Assembly (NCBI GenBank): GCA_963779615.1
Contig: CAVZZA010000005.1
Location: forward strand, 672,001 to 736,000
Reading direction: 5' to 3'
DNA: 64,000 bases
Origin: an uncultured Nitrososphaeraceae archaeon
Lineage (GTDB): Archaea; Thermoproteota; Nitrososphaeria; Nitrososphaerales; Nitrososphaeraceae
The translations under genes were made by a program, and so were the position numbers. Of this stretch, positions 39,835 to 50,987 are shown in pieces. Below the pieces are notes generated by a model that saw only the letters and a list, made by a program, of their open reading frames with translations, made no database searches and had not been told where the DNA came from. Numbering within the stretch: the stretch's first letter is position 1; each line of letters starts with the position of its first letter.

Positions 39835-42633
39835 CTAGGTATTCCAGAAGCCTCTCGTCATCACATATTGTTTTTCTGTTTCATATATAGTCTTCAATAA
39901 AGAACCATCATCGATATAGTTCCGTAAGATTCTTGCACAGGTATCTGCACCAATTCCATGACCCGATAAAACAAATAATGCCAGGTTCCCAAAATTATTT
40001 ATCAAGGAAGCTATTTTCCATGCCCTGTCAAACCTGTTCTCCTCATCCTTAGACAGGGAAGAACCTCGAAGTTTTCGTTCAATGATACTTTTTAGTTCAT
40101 CATCTGACCAGAAAGTGGCAGCGATTAATTTAGATTTACAAAAAGGACAATGAATCCTTTCGGGAAGGTCCCTGGTTTCAAACACCCTCTCCCATTTGCC
40201 GCATCTGATGCAAATCAGCTTGTGTTTTGTTTTTGTCAATCTTTCTTTGATCAACTCCAAAATTCCACTTTCCATATTGATAGGAGCGGAAATAGATTTT
40301 TTGGAATGTAATATTATAGGCTGGGCCAGTTCTGAGAATTCGTCAGTCTCCAACCAATGAACACTTATCACGCCTGATTTGATTTTATCAAGAATCATAG
40401 AGGTGTTTTCAATGTCATATTTGTCATGGATTAATTCCCGTATGGATTCCTTGCTAATAGAGGTCTTGTAGTATCTATCATACAACAACCTTGCGATTTT
40501 TTTATCATACACAGCCTCTTTTGCTACAAGGCCAAATCTTTTGGCAACTCCCCAAACTTTCCAGTTTATGTTATACGTCCCTAAAAATGAAGCTATTAAT
40601 ATCGAGCCTACATCAAACTCGTCTTCCAATAAGGAAAAAAAATGGTTTTTTCTTAACCTCACATTGTTTGAACTCAAGAGGATTCTATACGAATCAGAGC
40701 GAGTTTCAATTGTGTAACCCATTTTTGAAGAGATAAAAGTAGATAGCAAAGAGCTAAGAGTATTGTTGATTTTAGATCCAAAAGTACTGTGAATGACCAC
40801 GATATTTTGATTTAAAACAGTTTCAATTACAACATTTTCAGCGTCTGGAATTATTTTTATGGTTTTCAGCTTTTCCGACAACTTTCTTAAAAACAACATA
40901 TCGAACTTGGAAAGAAAAAAATTGGTCTTAGAAACCCTACCAGCATCGAACAACTCTTTCCTAAGGACACCGACAATTTTGGCAGTCTCACAATCAACAG
41001 GTATCATCTCACCAACCCAATAAGGAACATTAATTGGGGCACCGCTTAATGGCTCCACATGAACCTGAAGTTTATTTTCATCTATTACTAATATCCGCCA
41101 TTGAGAACCTTTTAACACAAAAACATTGCCTTTCTCGCCATAATCTCCTACAAATTGTTGATCTAAGGTGCCTATTCTTTTTTTACTAATTGAATCGATT
41201 ACATCAAACTTTACTATATAAGGTATCGTTGATACATTTTCATAATAATACCGATAGGATTTTCCACTGCGCGATATAGTTTGTTTTTCTTCATCAAATT
41301 TTAATAATCGGGTTATACCTAACAAATTAATGCAATCCAAAAAATCTAAAAATGAAATCGAACTGAAAGAAAAAGATGATTTAAAAAGGTCGAACAATTT
41401 AATCACTGGAAATGATTGTTTAATTTGCAGTGTAACTCCGACAAGGTTATGAGCCAATACATCAAGGGCCCCCTTATGGAGAACCTGTGGTTCGATCGAA
41501 CCCCTATTAACCCTGTTGACCAATGCAGCAGACTCCATAAAGTCATCAAAAGTATTAGTAAGTATCATACCCTTTGCAGAAGATTTACGAGTATGCTTAC
41601 TTCTTCCAATACGCTGTATTAACTTTGATGCCTGACGGGGAGAACCATAATGAATGACAAGATCTATAGACCCTATATCCAGACCTAACTCCAGTGACGA
41701 TGTACATACCACTATTCCAACAAAACCAGACCTTAATAGACCCTCTGTCTCCTCACGAACTTCTTTAGACAAAGAACCATGGTGTATATGAATTGGAACA
41801 TTATTTTGGTTTTTTAACACGGTTCCTAAAAATTCTGATTCATCCCTTGTGTTGGTAAATAACAATACTGAAGATGACTGGTAATATCTATTTACAAAAT
41901 CAATAATGTATTTGGAAACATCGCTTATAGAACCGTCCAAATGCTTTATCTCTATATCGTATTTTCTAAGAGTTTTATCCACAAAAATAGCACATTTTGC
42001 TTGATCACCAGATATAAAACGTGACGCGTCTTTCAGATTTCCAATTGTTGCAGAGATACCGATTTTACAAAAATGATTTGAGATAAGAGACAGCCTTTCA
42101 AGACACAGGGATAAATAAGAGCCTCTTTTAGAGGGTAACAATTCATGAACCTCATCAATAATTACCCATTCTAAACCTTTTAAATTTGGAATCATTTTTT
42201 CGTTTACCAAAATAATAGCCAATGATTCAGGAGTGGTAATTAAAATATCGGGGGGCATATCATATATTTTTTTACGTTTGCTATAAGGTGTATCACCATG
42301 TCTTATATCCACTCGCAAATTTTCAGATTCGGCATATTTAATAATCCTTCTGAAGACATCATTGTTTAGTGAACGTTGAGGAGTTATATACAGGCATTTA
42401 ATACCATTAGGTAAACTTTGACCACCATATTTAAAGGACAACATACTAATTACAGGGATTATAGCTGCCTCCGTTTTACCTGAGCCAGTGGGGGCAACAA
42501 TCAGTGAATTTCGTTTTCTAATTATTGCTTGGTAAGATTGTTCCTGGATATAATTTAGCTTTTCAAACGATTCTTTACGGAATTTATTAAGGACAATTTC
42601 ATCTAATTTTTTATAGTATTTGCTATTATCCAA
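39835..42633 (-). CDS. lhr: Lhr-family DEAH-box helicase
   Basis: APTGSGKT, RHGDT, TTPES, DEVH, SAT, HHGSL, SSLELGLDIG, QRIGRS, C-terminal Zn ribbon. Confidence 0.93.
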   Translation of the reverse strand: MDNSKYYKKLDEIVLNKFRKESFEKLNYIQEQSYQAIIRKRNSLIVAPTGSGKTEAAIIPVISMLSFKYGGQSLPNGIKCLYITPQRSLNNDVFRRIIKYAESENLRVDIRHGDTPYSKRKKIYDMPPDILITTPESLAIILVNEKMIPNLKGLEWVIIDEVHELLPSKRGSYLSLCLERLSLISNHFCKIGISATIGNLKDASRFISGDQAKCAIFVDKTLRKYDIEIKHLDGSISDVSKYIIDFVNRYYQSSSVLLFTNTRDESEFLGTVLKNQNNVPIHIHHGSLSKEVREETEGLLRSGFVGIVVCTSSLELGLDIGSIDLVIHYGSPRQASKLIQRIGRSKHTRKSSAKGMILTNTFDDFMESAALVNRVNRGSIEPQVLHKGALDVLAHNLVGVTLQIKQSFPVIKLFDLFKSSFSFSSISFLDFLDCINLLGITRLLKFDEEKQTISRSGKSYRYYYENVSTIPYIVKFDVIDSISKKRIGTLDQQFVGDYGEKGNVFVLKGSQWRILVIDENKLQVHVEPLSGAPINVPYWVGEMIPVDCETAKIVGVLRKELFDAGRVSKTNFFLSKFDMLFLRKLSEKLKTIKIIPDAENVVIETVLNQNIVVIHSTFGSKINNTLSSLLSTFISSKMGYTIETRSDSYRILLSSNNVRLRKNHFFSLLEDEFDVGSILIASFLGTYNINWKVWGVAKRFGLVAKEAVYDKKIARLLYDRYYKTSISKESIRELIHDKYDIENTSMILDKIKSGVISVHWLETDEFSELAQPIILHSKKSISAPINMESGILELIKERLTKTKHKLICIRCGKWERVFETRDLPERIHCPFCKSKLIAATFWSDDELKSIIERKLRGSSLSKDEENRFDRAWKIASLINNFGNLALFVLSGHGIGADTCARILRNYIDDGSLLKTIYETEKQYVMTRGFWNT

Positions 42634-42817
42634 ATTTATCAGTTTGTTGTTTATTTTTACTTCCCTTTTTATTTAAACCCCCAGTAATTTTGGGTTCGGG
42701 TGTTAAATTAGACGAAGGTTTTGGAAAAAGAAACTCATAAGCAAATATGCATATTAAAGCTACAATAAACATTATTAATGACGAGAAATAAATTAGGTTA
42801 TCAAAAGAGAATGCCAT
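42626..42817 (-). CDS. Small single-pass membrane protein
   Basis: One TM helix and basic tail; overlaps the lhr start; TATA-like element upstream. Confidence 0.6.
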   Translation of the reverse strand: MAFSFDNLIYFSSLIMFIVALICIFAYEFLFPKPSSNLTPEPKITGGLNKKGSKNKQQTDKFG

Positions 42818-42953
42818 TTATATCACTGAATAGTCTATTTATTTCAAGTTATAAATATGTTAAAGTTTTTTCACCCGAATCATCATCAAAGTAGGTTTTT
42901 ATATAGAAGTGATTGTTGTTAATTATAATTCTTGTTGTTTGAAAAATATATAA

Positions 42954-44867
42954 ATGGTAATCGTCATGCATTCAAGGGCTTTTAACTCAAATCAAAATAA
43001 TCAAGAAAAACAATCAATAATGGCCACCATTTTACAAAACCTACCTAAAGAGTGTTCATTAACTAAGATTGAATATGAAGGTCCGAGAATCGCGCTTTAT
43101 TCAAACCAGCCAGAATTTTTGTTAAATAATAATCAAGTACTTTCAAACATAGTAAACTTAATAAAAAAAAGAATAGTATTAAGGCTTGATGAATCGATAA
43201 GGAAGAAAGAAAGTGAAGTCTCTAACATAATAGAGAAACACTTATCGAAAGAAACAGGCTTTACAGATGTTTTATTTGATCCCGTTTTAGGAGAGGCAAC
43301 AATCTTTGTAAGAAAAATAAATGAGATTATTTCTAATGAGGAAACAATATCAAACAAATTGATTAATCAAACAGGTTGGAAAATTAATTTTAAAAAAACA
43401 CCAAGAAGCTTGTCCACACTAAAAGAGATCAATAAAATCATAAGGATGGCTTCAGATTACAGAACTCATTTCTATAAAAGAATAGGCGAAAAGATTTTTA
43501 GGGAAAAATTAGATCCGAATATCGAAGCAAGTTTGATCTCTTTAGGAGGATTTGGAGAAATAGGAAGGTCCTCCATGATTTTGAGCACAAATGAAAGCAA
43601 TATATTGATTGATTGTGGACTAAACCTGTATACAAACGATCCATTTTTAATGTTCCCAAGATTTGATTCCGTTGGGATAAAACCTTCAGAAATAGACGCC
43701 ATTGTATTATCTCATGCACATTTTGACCATACTGGGTTTGTACCAGTGTTATTTAAGCATGGATATGATGGACCGATATATTGCACAGAGCCAACATCGA
43801 TCTTAATGTATATGCTATTTAGAGAATACATAAAAAGATATAAGGATAATGCTCACTATTCCATGAAAGAAATTGAGGAAGTTTTTTCTCATTTAATTTA
43901 TTTAAACTATAACATAGTAACCGATCTGTCTCCGGATATAAAAATTACCCCATATAATTCAGGGCATATAATAGGCTCATCTTCGTTTCACTTTCATTTG
44001 GGAAACGGGGATCACAATTTTGTGTATACAGGAGATAAAAAATTTGGAAAAAGTTGTTATTTAGAAAATGCAGTTTGGAATTTTCCAAGGGTTGAGACAT
44101 TATTGATAGAAGCGACAAATGGTGGTAGAGAAGACACCTTTTTATCCAATGAGGAAGCAACGGAGAAACTGATAAACAATATCAACCTGACCATAAAAAA
44201 TAAAGGTTCGGTATTAATTCCCACACAACTAATAGGAACTTCTCAAGAAATGATAATTACCCTTGATCAGCTTATAAAGCAAGGAAAAATAGAAAAATGT
44301 AAAATCCACATTGACAAGTTATTGATCGATGTAAATTCAGTACATGAAAGTTATACCGAGTTTTTAAATAAAGAAATCCAACAAAAGATTACTTCCGGAA
44401 TTTATAATCCATTCCGATCCAGAAGTTTAAGTACAATAAACATCCTGGAAAACAATAAAGATCTCGACCCCGGCATTATTTTATTGCCATCTTCCATGCT
44501 ACAATGCTGGGAATCAATTAATTACCTAAAAAAAGTAATAGACGATCCAAATAGCATGATAATCTTTATTTGCAATCAAATTAACGGGACTCTGGGAAAA
44601 GGTATTGTAGAGAAGCAGAGAAAAATACGGATAGATAAAAATTATTATGACATACGATGTAAAATAGAAACAATCTACTCCTTTAGTTCGCATTCGGATT
44701 TTAATCAACTAAATGCATACATCACTCGTCTAAAGCCAAAACTAAGGAGAATTTTGGTAAATCATGGGGAGAGATCAAAGGTTCAAAATTTTGCCAGCTA
44801 TTCAAGCAAAGTTCATAAGATTCCCACACAATATCAATTAAACCAGGAAGCCACAAAAATACTATAG
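42954..44867 (+). CDS. aCPSF1/FttA-like KH + metallo-beta-lactamase/beta-CASP ribonuclease (divergent)
   Basis: IEYEGP, EIGRS, DCG, SHAHFDH, GHIIGS, YTGD, SHSD, NHGE. Confidence 0.9.
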   Translation: MVIVMHSRAFNSNQNNQEKQSIMATILQNLPKECSLTKIEYEGPRIALYSNQPEFLLNNNQVLSNIVNLIKKRIVLRLDESIRKKESEVSNIIEKHLSKETGFTDVLFDPVLGEATIFVRKINEIISNEETISNKLINQTGWKINFKKTPRSLSTLKEINKIIRMASDYRTHFYKRIGEKIFREKLDPNIEASLISLGGFGEIGRSSMILSTNESNILIDCGLNLYTNDPFLMFPRFDSVGIKPSEIDAIVLSHAHFDHTGFVPVLFKHGYDGPIYCTEPTSILMYMLFREYIKRYKDNAHYSMKEIEEVFSHLIYLNYNIVTDLSPDIKITPYNSGHIIGSSSFHFHLGNGDHNFVYTGDKKFGKSCYLENAVWNFPRVETLLIEATNGGREDTFLSNEEATEKLINNINLTIKNKGSVLIPTQLIGTSQEMIITLDQLIKQGKIEKCKIHIDKLLIDVNSVHESYTEFLNKEIQQKITSGIYNPFRSRSLSTINILENNKDLDPGIILLPSSMLQCWESINYLKKVIDDPNSMIIFICNQINGTLGKGIVEKQRKIRIDKNYYDIRCKIETIYSFSSHSDFNQLNAYITRLKPKLRRILVNHGERSKVQNFASYSSKVHKIPTQYQLNQEATKIL

Positions 44868-44966
44868 ATAAATAAATAAACTAAATTGAAATTTTTTTGA
44901 ATTATAGTTTTTTTTTGCTTTAATCCAAACTAAATAGGTGGTAAAGTTAGTCAGTAAATCGAACCA

Positions 44967-45257
44967 TTATAAAGATGCATCAACATCTTTATGCCAAATT
45001 TTAACACTAGGTGGAGTTATAATTATCCTTTCCTCGCCCAGCCTTGAAATGTCCCCACCAATAGTACTTACAGACTTATAAAGTTGCTCAACAGCAATTC
45101 TTAAATCGTCCACATCTTTCTGTGCAAGAGGAGTTATCCTAATTATAAGAATCATGTGCTTTTCTATGTCACTTTTAATTTCAGTGATATTTTTAATATC
45201 ACGAAGGGTGAATGTTTTCAAATAAATTGGTTTATTTTGTACATTGTTGTGCAGCAT
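44967..45257 (-). CDS. sepF: SepF-family (DUF552) protein
   Basis: IIRITPL...GGDISRLGEERIIITPPSVKIW. Confidence 0.85.
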   Translation of the reverse strand: MLHNNVQNKPIYLKTFTLRDIKNITEIKSDIEKHMILIIRITPLAQKDVDDLRIAVEQLYKSVSTIGGDISRLGEERIIITPPSVKIWHKDVDASL

Positions 45258-45338
45258 ATTTAGGGTTTATAGAAAAGTTTAGGATCTATTGTTAATAAGA
45301 CTATCGAAAAAAACACAGTATCATGTTTTATGGCAATC

Positions 45339-46451
45339 TTAAATCCTATATTTTTCCACTTCTGTAATACTATAAGGTATGGATGACAGTATTTTATTTG
45401 TTTTATTTAATTTATTTGTAACTTTTACTTGGCAGTTTTTTTCAGGCAGTGCATCAGAGTAGCGCAACGTTATACCTACAGAGTGCAATAACAATTTTTT
45501 ATGTCTACGTAAATCTGGTTTATCACTAATCCTTAAAATTGCTACAGGTCCTGGAACACTAACTGTTTGTATCAAATAGTCAGTATTTAGCACAAGAGTT
45601 AAAAGACTTTCATTTTCCCCATGATCCCTACCAACAATCAATTTTGAATGACCATCAAAACGAAAATGGCGCCCCACTTTTAACAATTCAACATCATTAA
45701 TACTTGGTTCAGAAATAGAATATTTCATCAGGTCGCGTATTCTTTTTGCAAATTGGGGGTCTGTCAACAAACAACCTCCAGCAGAATTTGGTGGATCGGC
45801 AATACTGAATTGTTTGGCTAATTGAAGCTGTTCCTTTCTTGAACGACCTTGTATTGAACCCAGTAAAGATCTGTCGACCAAGCCTTTCTTTTCGGGCTCT
45901 GTTTTGGGTAAAAGTTGGGCGGATAGAGGACGGAGAACCCTACCCTCCAAGTCTGTTTCTTTTTCAATCACAGATAAAGCATGTGAATTTTGACTCATTG
46001 GTCTTTGGTGCAGAACTTCTCCGGTTATTAAAAAATCCGCACCAATTTTATTCATGTGTTTTTTTGCTTCATCATACATCATCATTCTGCAATCAATACA
46101 GGGATTCATTCCTGAACCATAACCATATTTTGGGTTCTTTAACATAGTCAAGTATTCTTTACCCAAATAAATCGTTTTTAATTCTATATCAAGCTCTGAA
46201 GATACCTCCAGGACTTTATGTCCACAGCCTTTTCCACAATCAAAATCACAGAAAGGAGTTTTAATTGCAACAGCCTCTACATCAATGTTTTGTTTTTTCA
46301 TCATACGTACAGCTATTTGGCTATCCAGTCCACCTGAAAGCAATGCTACGGCTTTGATCTTTTTTTTGGGAGAATTTTCACTTTCAGAGCCCTCATCATG
46401 TTTATCATTACAACAGGCTTTTGGGTCATCGGAAAAAGTCATGTTTACCAT
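45339..46451 (-). CDS. PP-loop tRNA thiouridylase-like protein (ThiI/MnmA-related, DUF814 type)
   Basis: SGGLDS, NPCIDCR, TGEVLHQRPMSQ, GGCLLTD, KVGRHFR. Confidence 0.85.
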   Translation of the reverse strand: MVNMTFSDDPKACCNDKHDEGSESENSPKKKIKAVALLSGGLDSQIAVRMMKKQNIDVEAVAIKTPFCDFDCGKGCGHKVLEVSSELDIELKTIYLGKEYLTMLKNPKYGYGSGMNPCIDCRMMMYDEAKKHMNKIGADFLITGEVLHQRPMSQNSHALSVIEKETDLEGRVLRPLSAQLLPKTEPEKKGLVDRSLLGSIQGRSRKEQLQLAKQFSIADPPNSAGGCLLTDPQFAKRIRDLMKYSISEPSINDVELLKVGRHFRFDGHSKLIVGRDHGENESLLTLVLNTDYLIQTVSVPGPVAILRISDKPDLRRHKKLLLHSVGITLRYSDALPEKNCQVKVTNKLNKTNKILSSIPYSITEVEKYRI

Positions 46452-46507
46452 TTGTTTCTCGGGTCAAATGTATTTTAATACTGTCATGTTTATACTTAGC
46501 TATTCAT

Positions 46508-46837
46508 TCAAAAATCTCTATATGATAAAAACTCCTGGATTCTTTTTTTCACCTGTTTGATAGTTCCTGATAGTGGTAAAATTAAAACAGGATAGTTTGC
46601 AAAATATAGTGACAGCAATACATTATTAATATGCTCCAACCTGCATTTGATTATTAAAAATTTTTTTGAGACATCAACAATGTTAACTATTCGAATATTA
46701 GATTTATGAAAATCAATACTGCCACATAATCCAGTAAGTCGTTTGTAAAAATCTTTTGTAAAATTAGAATAAATCAAATCGTCGTCCTGTTGGAGGTAAA
46801 TACAAACATATCGAAATTTCTTCTTAGCTAGTGTCAT
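46508..46837 (-). CDS. rnp2: RNase P protein component 2 (Pop5/Rpp14)
   Basis: KFRYV N-terminus, IIKCR, SGTIK C-terminal motif; syntenic with an Rpp30-like gene. Confidence 0.75.
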   Translation of the reverse strand: MTLAKKKFRYVCIYLQQDDDLIYSNFTKDFYKRLTGLCGSIDFHKSNIRIVNIVDVSKKFLIIKCRLEHINNVLLSLYFANYPVLILPLSGTIKQVKKRIQEFLSYRDF

Positions 46838-47438
46838 AAAATAAAGTACTCCTTTTCTTATCATCTAGCCAAATATTGAGATCATCCCAATATTTTCCCT
46901 TTTCAATATCCAACTTTTCCAAAATAATATTAAATACTTTTATTGGCATTAGTTCAAAATACTCACTGGCCCCACTAGATAAAATAAATTCAAAATTATA
47001 TTTTTTACATAACCCATAAATCCATTTCATATCAAAAAACCATTTTCCCAGCTCATCGTTATTGTAACACCGGATATCAGTTATTAAAAACTCTATTCCG
47101 ATATTATTTCCATTGTATTTTTTTAATAAAGGTTTAATATTGTTTAGGCTCTTAATAGTCAAAATATCAACATCATAAAAATTTTCATCAGAAGTTCCTT
47201 TAAATATAGAACCTTTAATAAAAAAAAAATTATTTTTACTATCTTTAGTATTGAAAGTATTCAAGGAATCACATTTTTTCCTTAAAACAATACTCTCTTG
47301 TTTATCCAATAAAGGTATATTTTTATCAATACATACACCAAAAATATCTAAACCAAAAAAAGTTTTAAAAAAATTTATTGATTTTTCAGAATATAGCAAA
47401 TTCGTATTTAGGTCTATTGTTTTAACTTGTTTCGTCAT
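46824..47438 (-). CDS. rnp3: RNase P protein component 3 (Rpp30)-like, divergent
   Basis: IGIEF and FILSSGA motifs; context between the DUF54 gene and pop5. Confidence 0.65.
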   Translation of the reverse strand: MTKQVKTIDLNTNLLYSEKSINFFKTFFGLDIFGVCIDKNIPLLDKQESIVLRKKCDSLNTFNTKDSKNNFFFIKGSIFKGTSDENFYDVDILTIKSLNNIKPLLKKYNGNNIGIEFLITDIRCYNNDELGKWFFDMKWIYGLCKKYNFEFILSSGASEYFELMPIKVFNIILEKLDIEKGKYWDDLNIWLDDKKRSTLFYDTS

Positions 47439-47444
47439 ACTGAA

Positions 47445-47834
47445 TTATAATTGAAATTTACCTATTTTTTTAAAAACCATGCGTACAGAATCTTTATCAG
47501 AGAGAACGATTTTTCCACTACAAAATTTTTGTTTATCTAAGCGAACGTAAACATGCCCTTTCTTATCAGTATTATATTCAATGTAATGCTTGGCATCAGT
47601 TTCACCATAAGATTCCACAAGGTTCGAGTACAACCTATCAAAGATTTTATCGGCATCCACATTTACAGATACCATAAAGCGGAGTATAGGATTTTTCCAA
47701 TGACCTTCTGTCTTAATAGAATCCATTTTAACAGACTCCAAAGATTTTTCTATAAACTCTAGAACATATTTTAAAACCCTATTTTCATTTTCTGTTGCAT
47801 GGATTAGAATTGATATGTCTACAGACGAATACAA
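47445..47834 (-). CDS. RNA-binding protein DUF54 (exosome/RNase P superoperon)
   Basis: IHATEN, EGHWKNPI, YVRLDKQ. Confidence 0.85.
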   Translation of the reverse strand: MYSSVDISILIHATENENRVLKYVLEFIEKSLESVKMDSIKTEGHWKNPILRFMVSVNVDADKIFDRLYSNLVESYGETDAKHYIEYNTDKKGHVYVRLDKQKFCSGKIVLSDKDSVRMVFKKIGKFQL

Positions 47835-47865
47835 TTTTGAAGAAGGAAAAGAAAGAAAATAAAAT

Positions 47866-48627
47866 CTAAATATCTTCTGAAGTTGATGTATCTACGGTGG
47901 CTGAATCTTCAATATCTTCTGAAGTTGATGTATCTACGGTGGCTGAATCTTCAATATTTTCTTCAGTCTCAGAAAATTCATCACTATCCAAAATATCCTG
48001 ATTTTCCAAATTAGAGATATCCCCTTCTTTTTGAATTGGAGAAGAAATGAGCTTGGTTTTTCTTATTCCAACATGTCTAATAACGGCTATTTTCTTTGAA
48101 ATTTCCATTAAATCAGAACCCAATTTTCCCATTGTTACTTCTTTTACAAACTCATTCAATGATAATTGAGGGATTCTTTCTGCGAGGATTTTATTCATTG
48201 TTAACCTAATTTCGTGTTGTTTAGATGAGTTTATTCTTCTATGACTAAATGCAGTAGCCGAGACTCTAAAAACATACCCATCTGCAGTAGTATATTCATG
48301 TACATAATTTATCATGGAACTTCCACGCCTAATAAGACTTCTTAGAAATTCTTTAGCATATTCATGACCTTTAAAAATAGTAGAAGCTATACCTGAGTTG
48401 ATTTTATCGATTTGAACAAATATTTTGGTTTGATGCTGGGTTGGATCTTGTTTAAGAACATCATATAATGTGTTTTCAATAACTCGTCCTCTAGCATTGT
48501 TTAAATCTGAAATGGGGATATAATTTAACGGAACTTGTTCAAAGGCGGGTGGAGCATTCACTATTATCCATTGTTTATCTCTCCATTTATCACGAACCCT
48601 TCCTCCTCTTCTGGAACCTTTTGCCAT
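47866..48627 (-). CDS. rps3ae: 30S ribosomal protein S3Ae (eS1) with an acidic C-terminal tail
   Basis: RDKWRDKQW, FKGHEYAKEFLRSLIRRGSS, IRKTKL. Confidence 0.96.
   Translation of the reverse strand: MAKGSRRGGRVRDKWRDKQWIIVNAPPAFEQVPLNYIPISDLNNARGRVIENTLYDVLKQDPTQHQTKIFVQIDKINSGIASTIFKGHEYAKEFLRSLIRRGSSMINYVHEYTTADGYVFRVSATAFSHRRINSSKQHEIRLTMNKILAERIPQLSLNEFVKEVTMGKLGSDLMEISKKIAVIRHVGIRKTKLISSPIQKEGDISNLENQDILDSDEFSETEENIEDSATVDTSTSEDIEDSATVDTSTSEDI
47869..47957 (-). repeat. Perfect 42-bp tandem duplication (IEDSATVDTSTSED x2)
   Basis: Units at 47869-47910 and 47911-47952. Confidence 0.92.
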
Positions 48628-49125
48628 ATGGAGGCAGTTCTCACACCCAAAATATAAGTTATACTAACTATTAGAAAGACTACATTTGAATACTAAAAAA
48701 ATTGAGATATGAGAAATTAACCATTTAATTTCATCCATATCAACAATTTGAACACGATAGATGGATTCGCATAAATCACAATAGATAATTAAAAACTGTT
48801 AGAGGTTCTTTAAAAGATTACAATGCATGTGGATTGACCTATAGTCAAAAGACACAGAATTGATTTAAGCTTATATATTTCAACATGAGTCATAATTCAT
48901 TTTGTTGGTTTAATTAACATGCCATGTTTTATCAACTTGCAACCATATGCGTGATTGCTCGAGGATTGTCCTTACACTGTTATAGCAGGAGCATAGAGTA
49001 ATGACTTCAATTTCAAAAAAAATAAAATTGAATGTATACTAATTATTCCACATTATTTTTTATTCTTTCTGTAAAATAAGTAAATCAAGAACTGTATTTA
49101 ACAAGAATTCAATTTAAGGGCAAAT

Positions 49126-50467
49126 TTAATTCGAGTCTTTTACACACCTAAAACCTGCAAAAGGAATTCTCTCATGAGGTTTGTAATAATTTCTATAACT
49201 ATTTCTAATTTGTTTTGCAGATGTTGCAAAACACCCTCCACGCAATACTTTTTGATTTATAGCCCACTTATCAGTATATTCTTCAAATCTCGATTTAAAT
49301 CCAGGATACAGTACATACTCAGAACAAGTCCATTCCCACACGTCACCTATCATTTGATAACAACCATAATGACTTCTTCCAGATGGATAAGAACCCAATA
49401 TAGATGGACTCCATTGATATGATTCAAAAAGATTGGCATGGTCGCTAGATGGAGATTGATTCCCCCAAGGAAAAATAGTTTTTGACTTATTTTTTTCATT
49501 CCATGACGCAGCTTTCTCCCATTCAGCTTCGGTGGGCAATCTTTTTTTTGCCCATTTTGCAAATGCATCTGCCTCATAATAGCTTACATTTACAACAGGT
49601 TCATCAAAAACAATTTCATTAATTCCCCTAAAATCTTTCTTAAACCATTTTTTTTTATTTTCATCAAAATACCAATAAAGTGGGCAGAGCCAATTTTCTT
49701 CCCGTACCAAATCCCACCCATCAGCTAACCAATACCGGTAATTTGCATACCCCCCATCTTCAATAAATTGCATAAAGTCACCATTGGTAACAAGAGAATT
49801 GTCAATGTGGTATGGATTTAGATAATTCTTATTTTCAGGTAATTCGTTATCATAACAAAAGCCTTTACCATTATAACCCAATTCAAAGATTCCGCCAGCA
49901 ATGTCAACCATCTCCCTGTTTATTTTTTCCTTTATTGGCATCTTTTTACTTCTTTTTTTTGGACAATACTTATCGCCCTCCTCTGGAAACCTATTAAAAT
50001 AATGCTGAAAGTCGTACACCATTAATTCCTGATGCTGCATTTCATGATTTATAGCTGTATAGATATCTAAAATTAATTTATCAGAAAATCCTTCTTTATC
50101 TAAAGGTTTTAAAAAGTCTATGAAATGTTTTTCAATTTCTGATCTATATTTTATGGATTGCGTAACAGTAGGTCTTGGATATTTTCCTCTTTCATTTTTT
50201 AATAAAATCTTTCCGTATTTATTATAATAAGAATTAAGATAATCTAGATTAAATTTATTATCAAAAACAACTCCTCGGTCATACTTTTCAAGTATTTTCT
50301 GAAAAAACCATGTAACGTGAGCAATATGCCAATTAGGAGGGCTTCCAAAATTACTAGATTGTATTACTGCATCTTCTGTATCCAAAGGAGAAAAAAGAAT
50401 CCATAGTTTTCTCCCTAACTTCAATAAATTCATTAGCAATATCATTCAAAAGGAAGGTAGACCGCAT
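49126..50467 (-). CDS. egtB: Ergothioneine sulfoxide synthase EgtB (DinB + FGE-sulfatase), apparent +1 frameshift near the 5' end
   Basis: SPPNWHIAHVTWFF, HEMQHQEL, RLPTEAEWE, GDVWEW, GFRC; plausible N-terminus (FIEVREKTMD) lies in another frame upstream of ~50395. Confidence 0.88.
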
Positions 50468-50585
50468 CAACAGATAATAGTATATCAAAAAAGTATTTTA
50501 ATCTACTCAATAATTACCAATAATGTAAATTTAAAATATCAAAGTTGAAATATGTAATAGTATTATAGCATATTACTGATATAGT

Positions 50586-50927
50586 TTGGAAAACAGTGAA
50601 TCACAACCATCAGGAGTAGAGCAAATTTCTCCTCAAGGCGATAACAATCAAAGAGGAAGATTCCCTAGAAGGGATGGAAACGAAAGTGGAAACGGAGGCG
50701 GAAGCTATAATAGATTTTTTAAACCGTCACCAGTAAATGCAGGGGAAGAACATGAAGTCAATATTGAATCTATGAGTAAAAGAGGAGATGCAGGTGTAGG
50801 AAGAATTCAAGGATTAGTAATTTTTGTCCCAAATACAAAAGTGGGAGACAAAGTAAAAGTAAAAGTAACACGTGTAGGAAGAGGTTATGCAACAGCTGAG
50901 TTGGTAGAAGCTAAAACTGAAGAATAA
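50586..50927 (+). CDS. Single-TRAM-domain RNA chaperone
   Basis: PVNAGEE..V.IE..RGDAGVGRIQGLVIFVP..GDKVKVKV. Confidence 0.92.
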   Translation: MENSESQPSGVEQISPQGDNNQRGRFPRRDGNESGNGGGSYNRFFKPSPVNAGEEHEVNIESMSKRGDAGVGRIQGLVIFVPNTKVGDKVKVKVTRVGRGYATAELVEAKTEE

Positions 50928-50987
50928 CCAATAAAGCAAAACTTTTAGTTTTTTTCATGAATTTTCTTTATTTATATATAAATTAAA

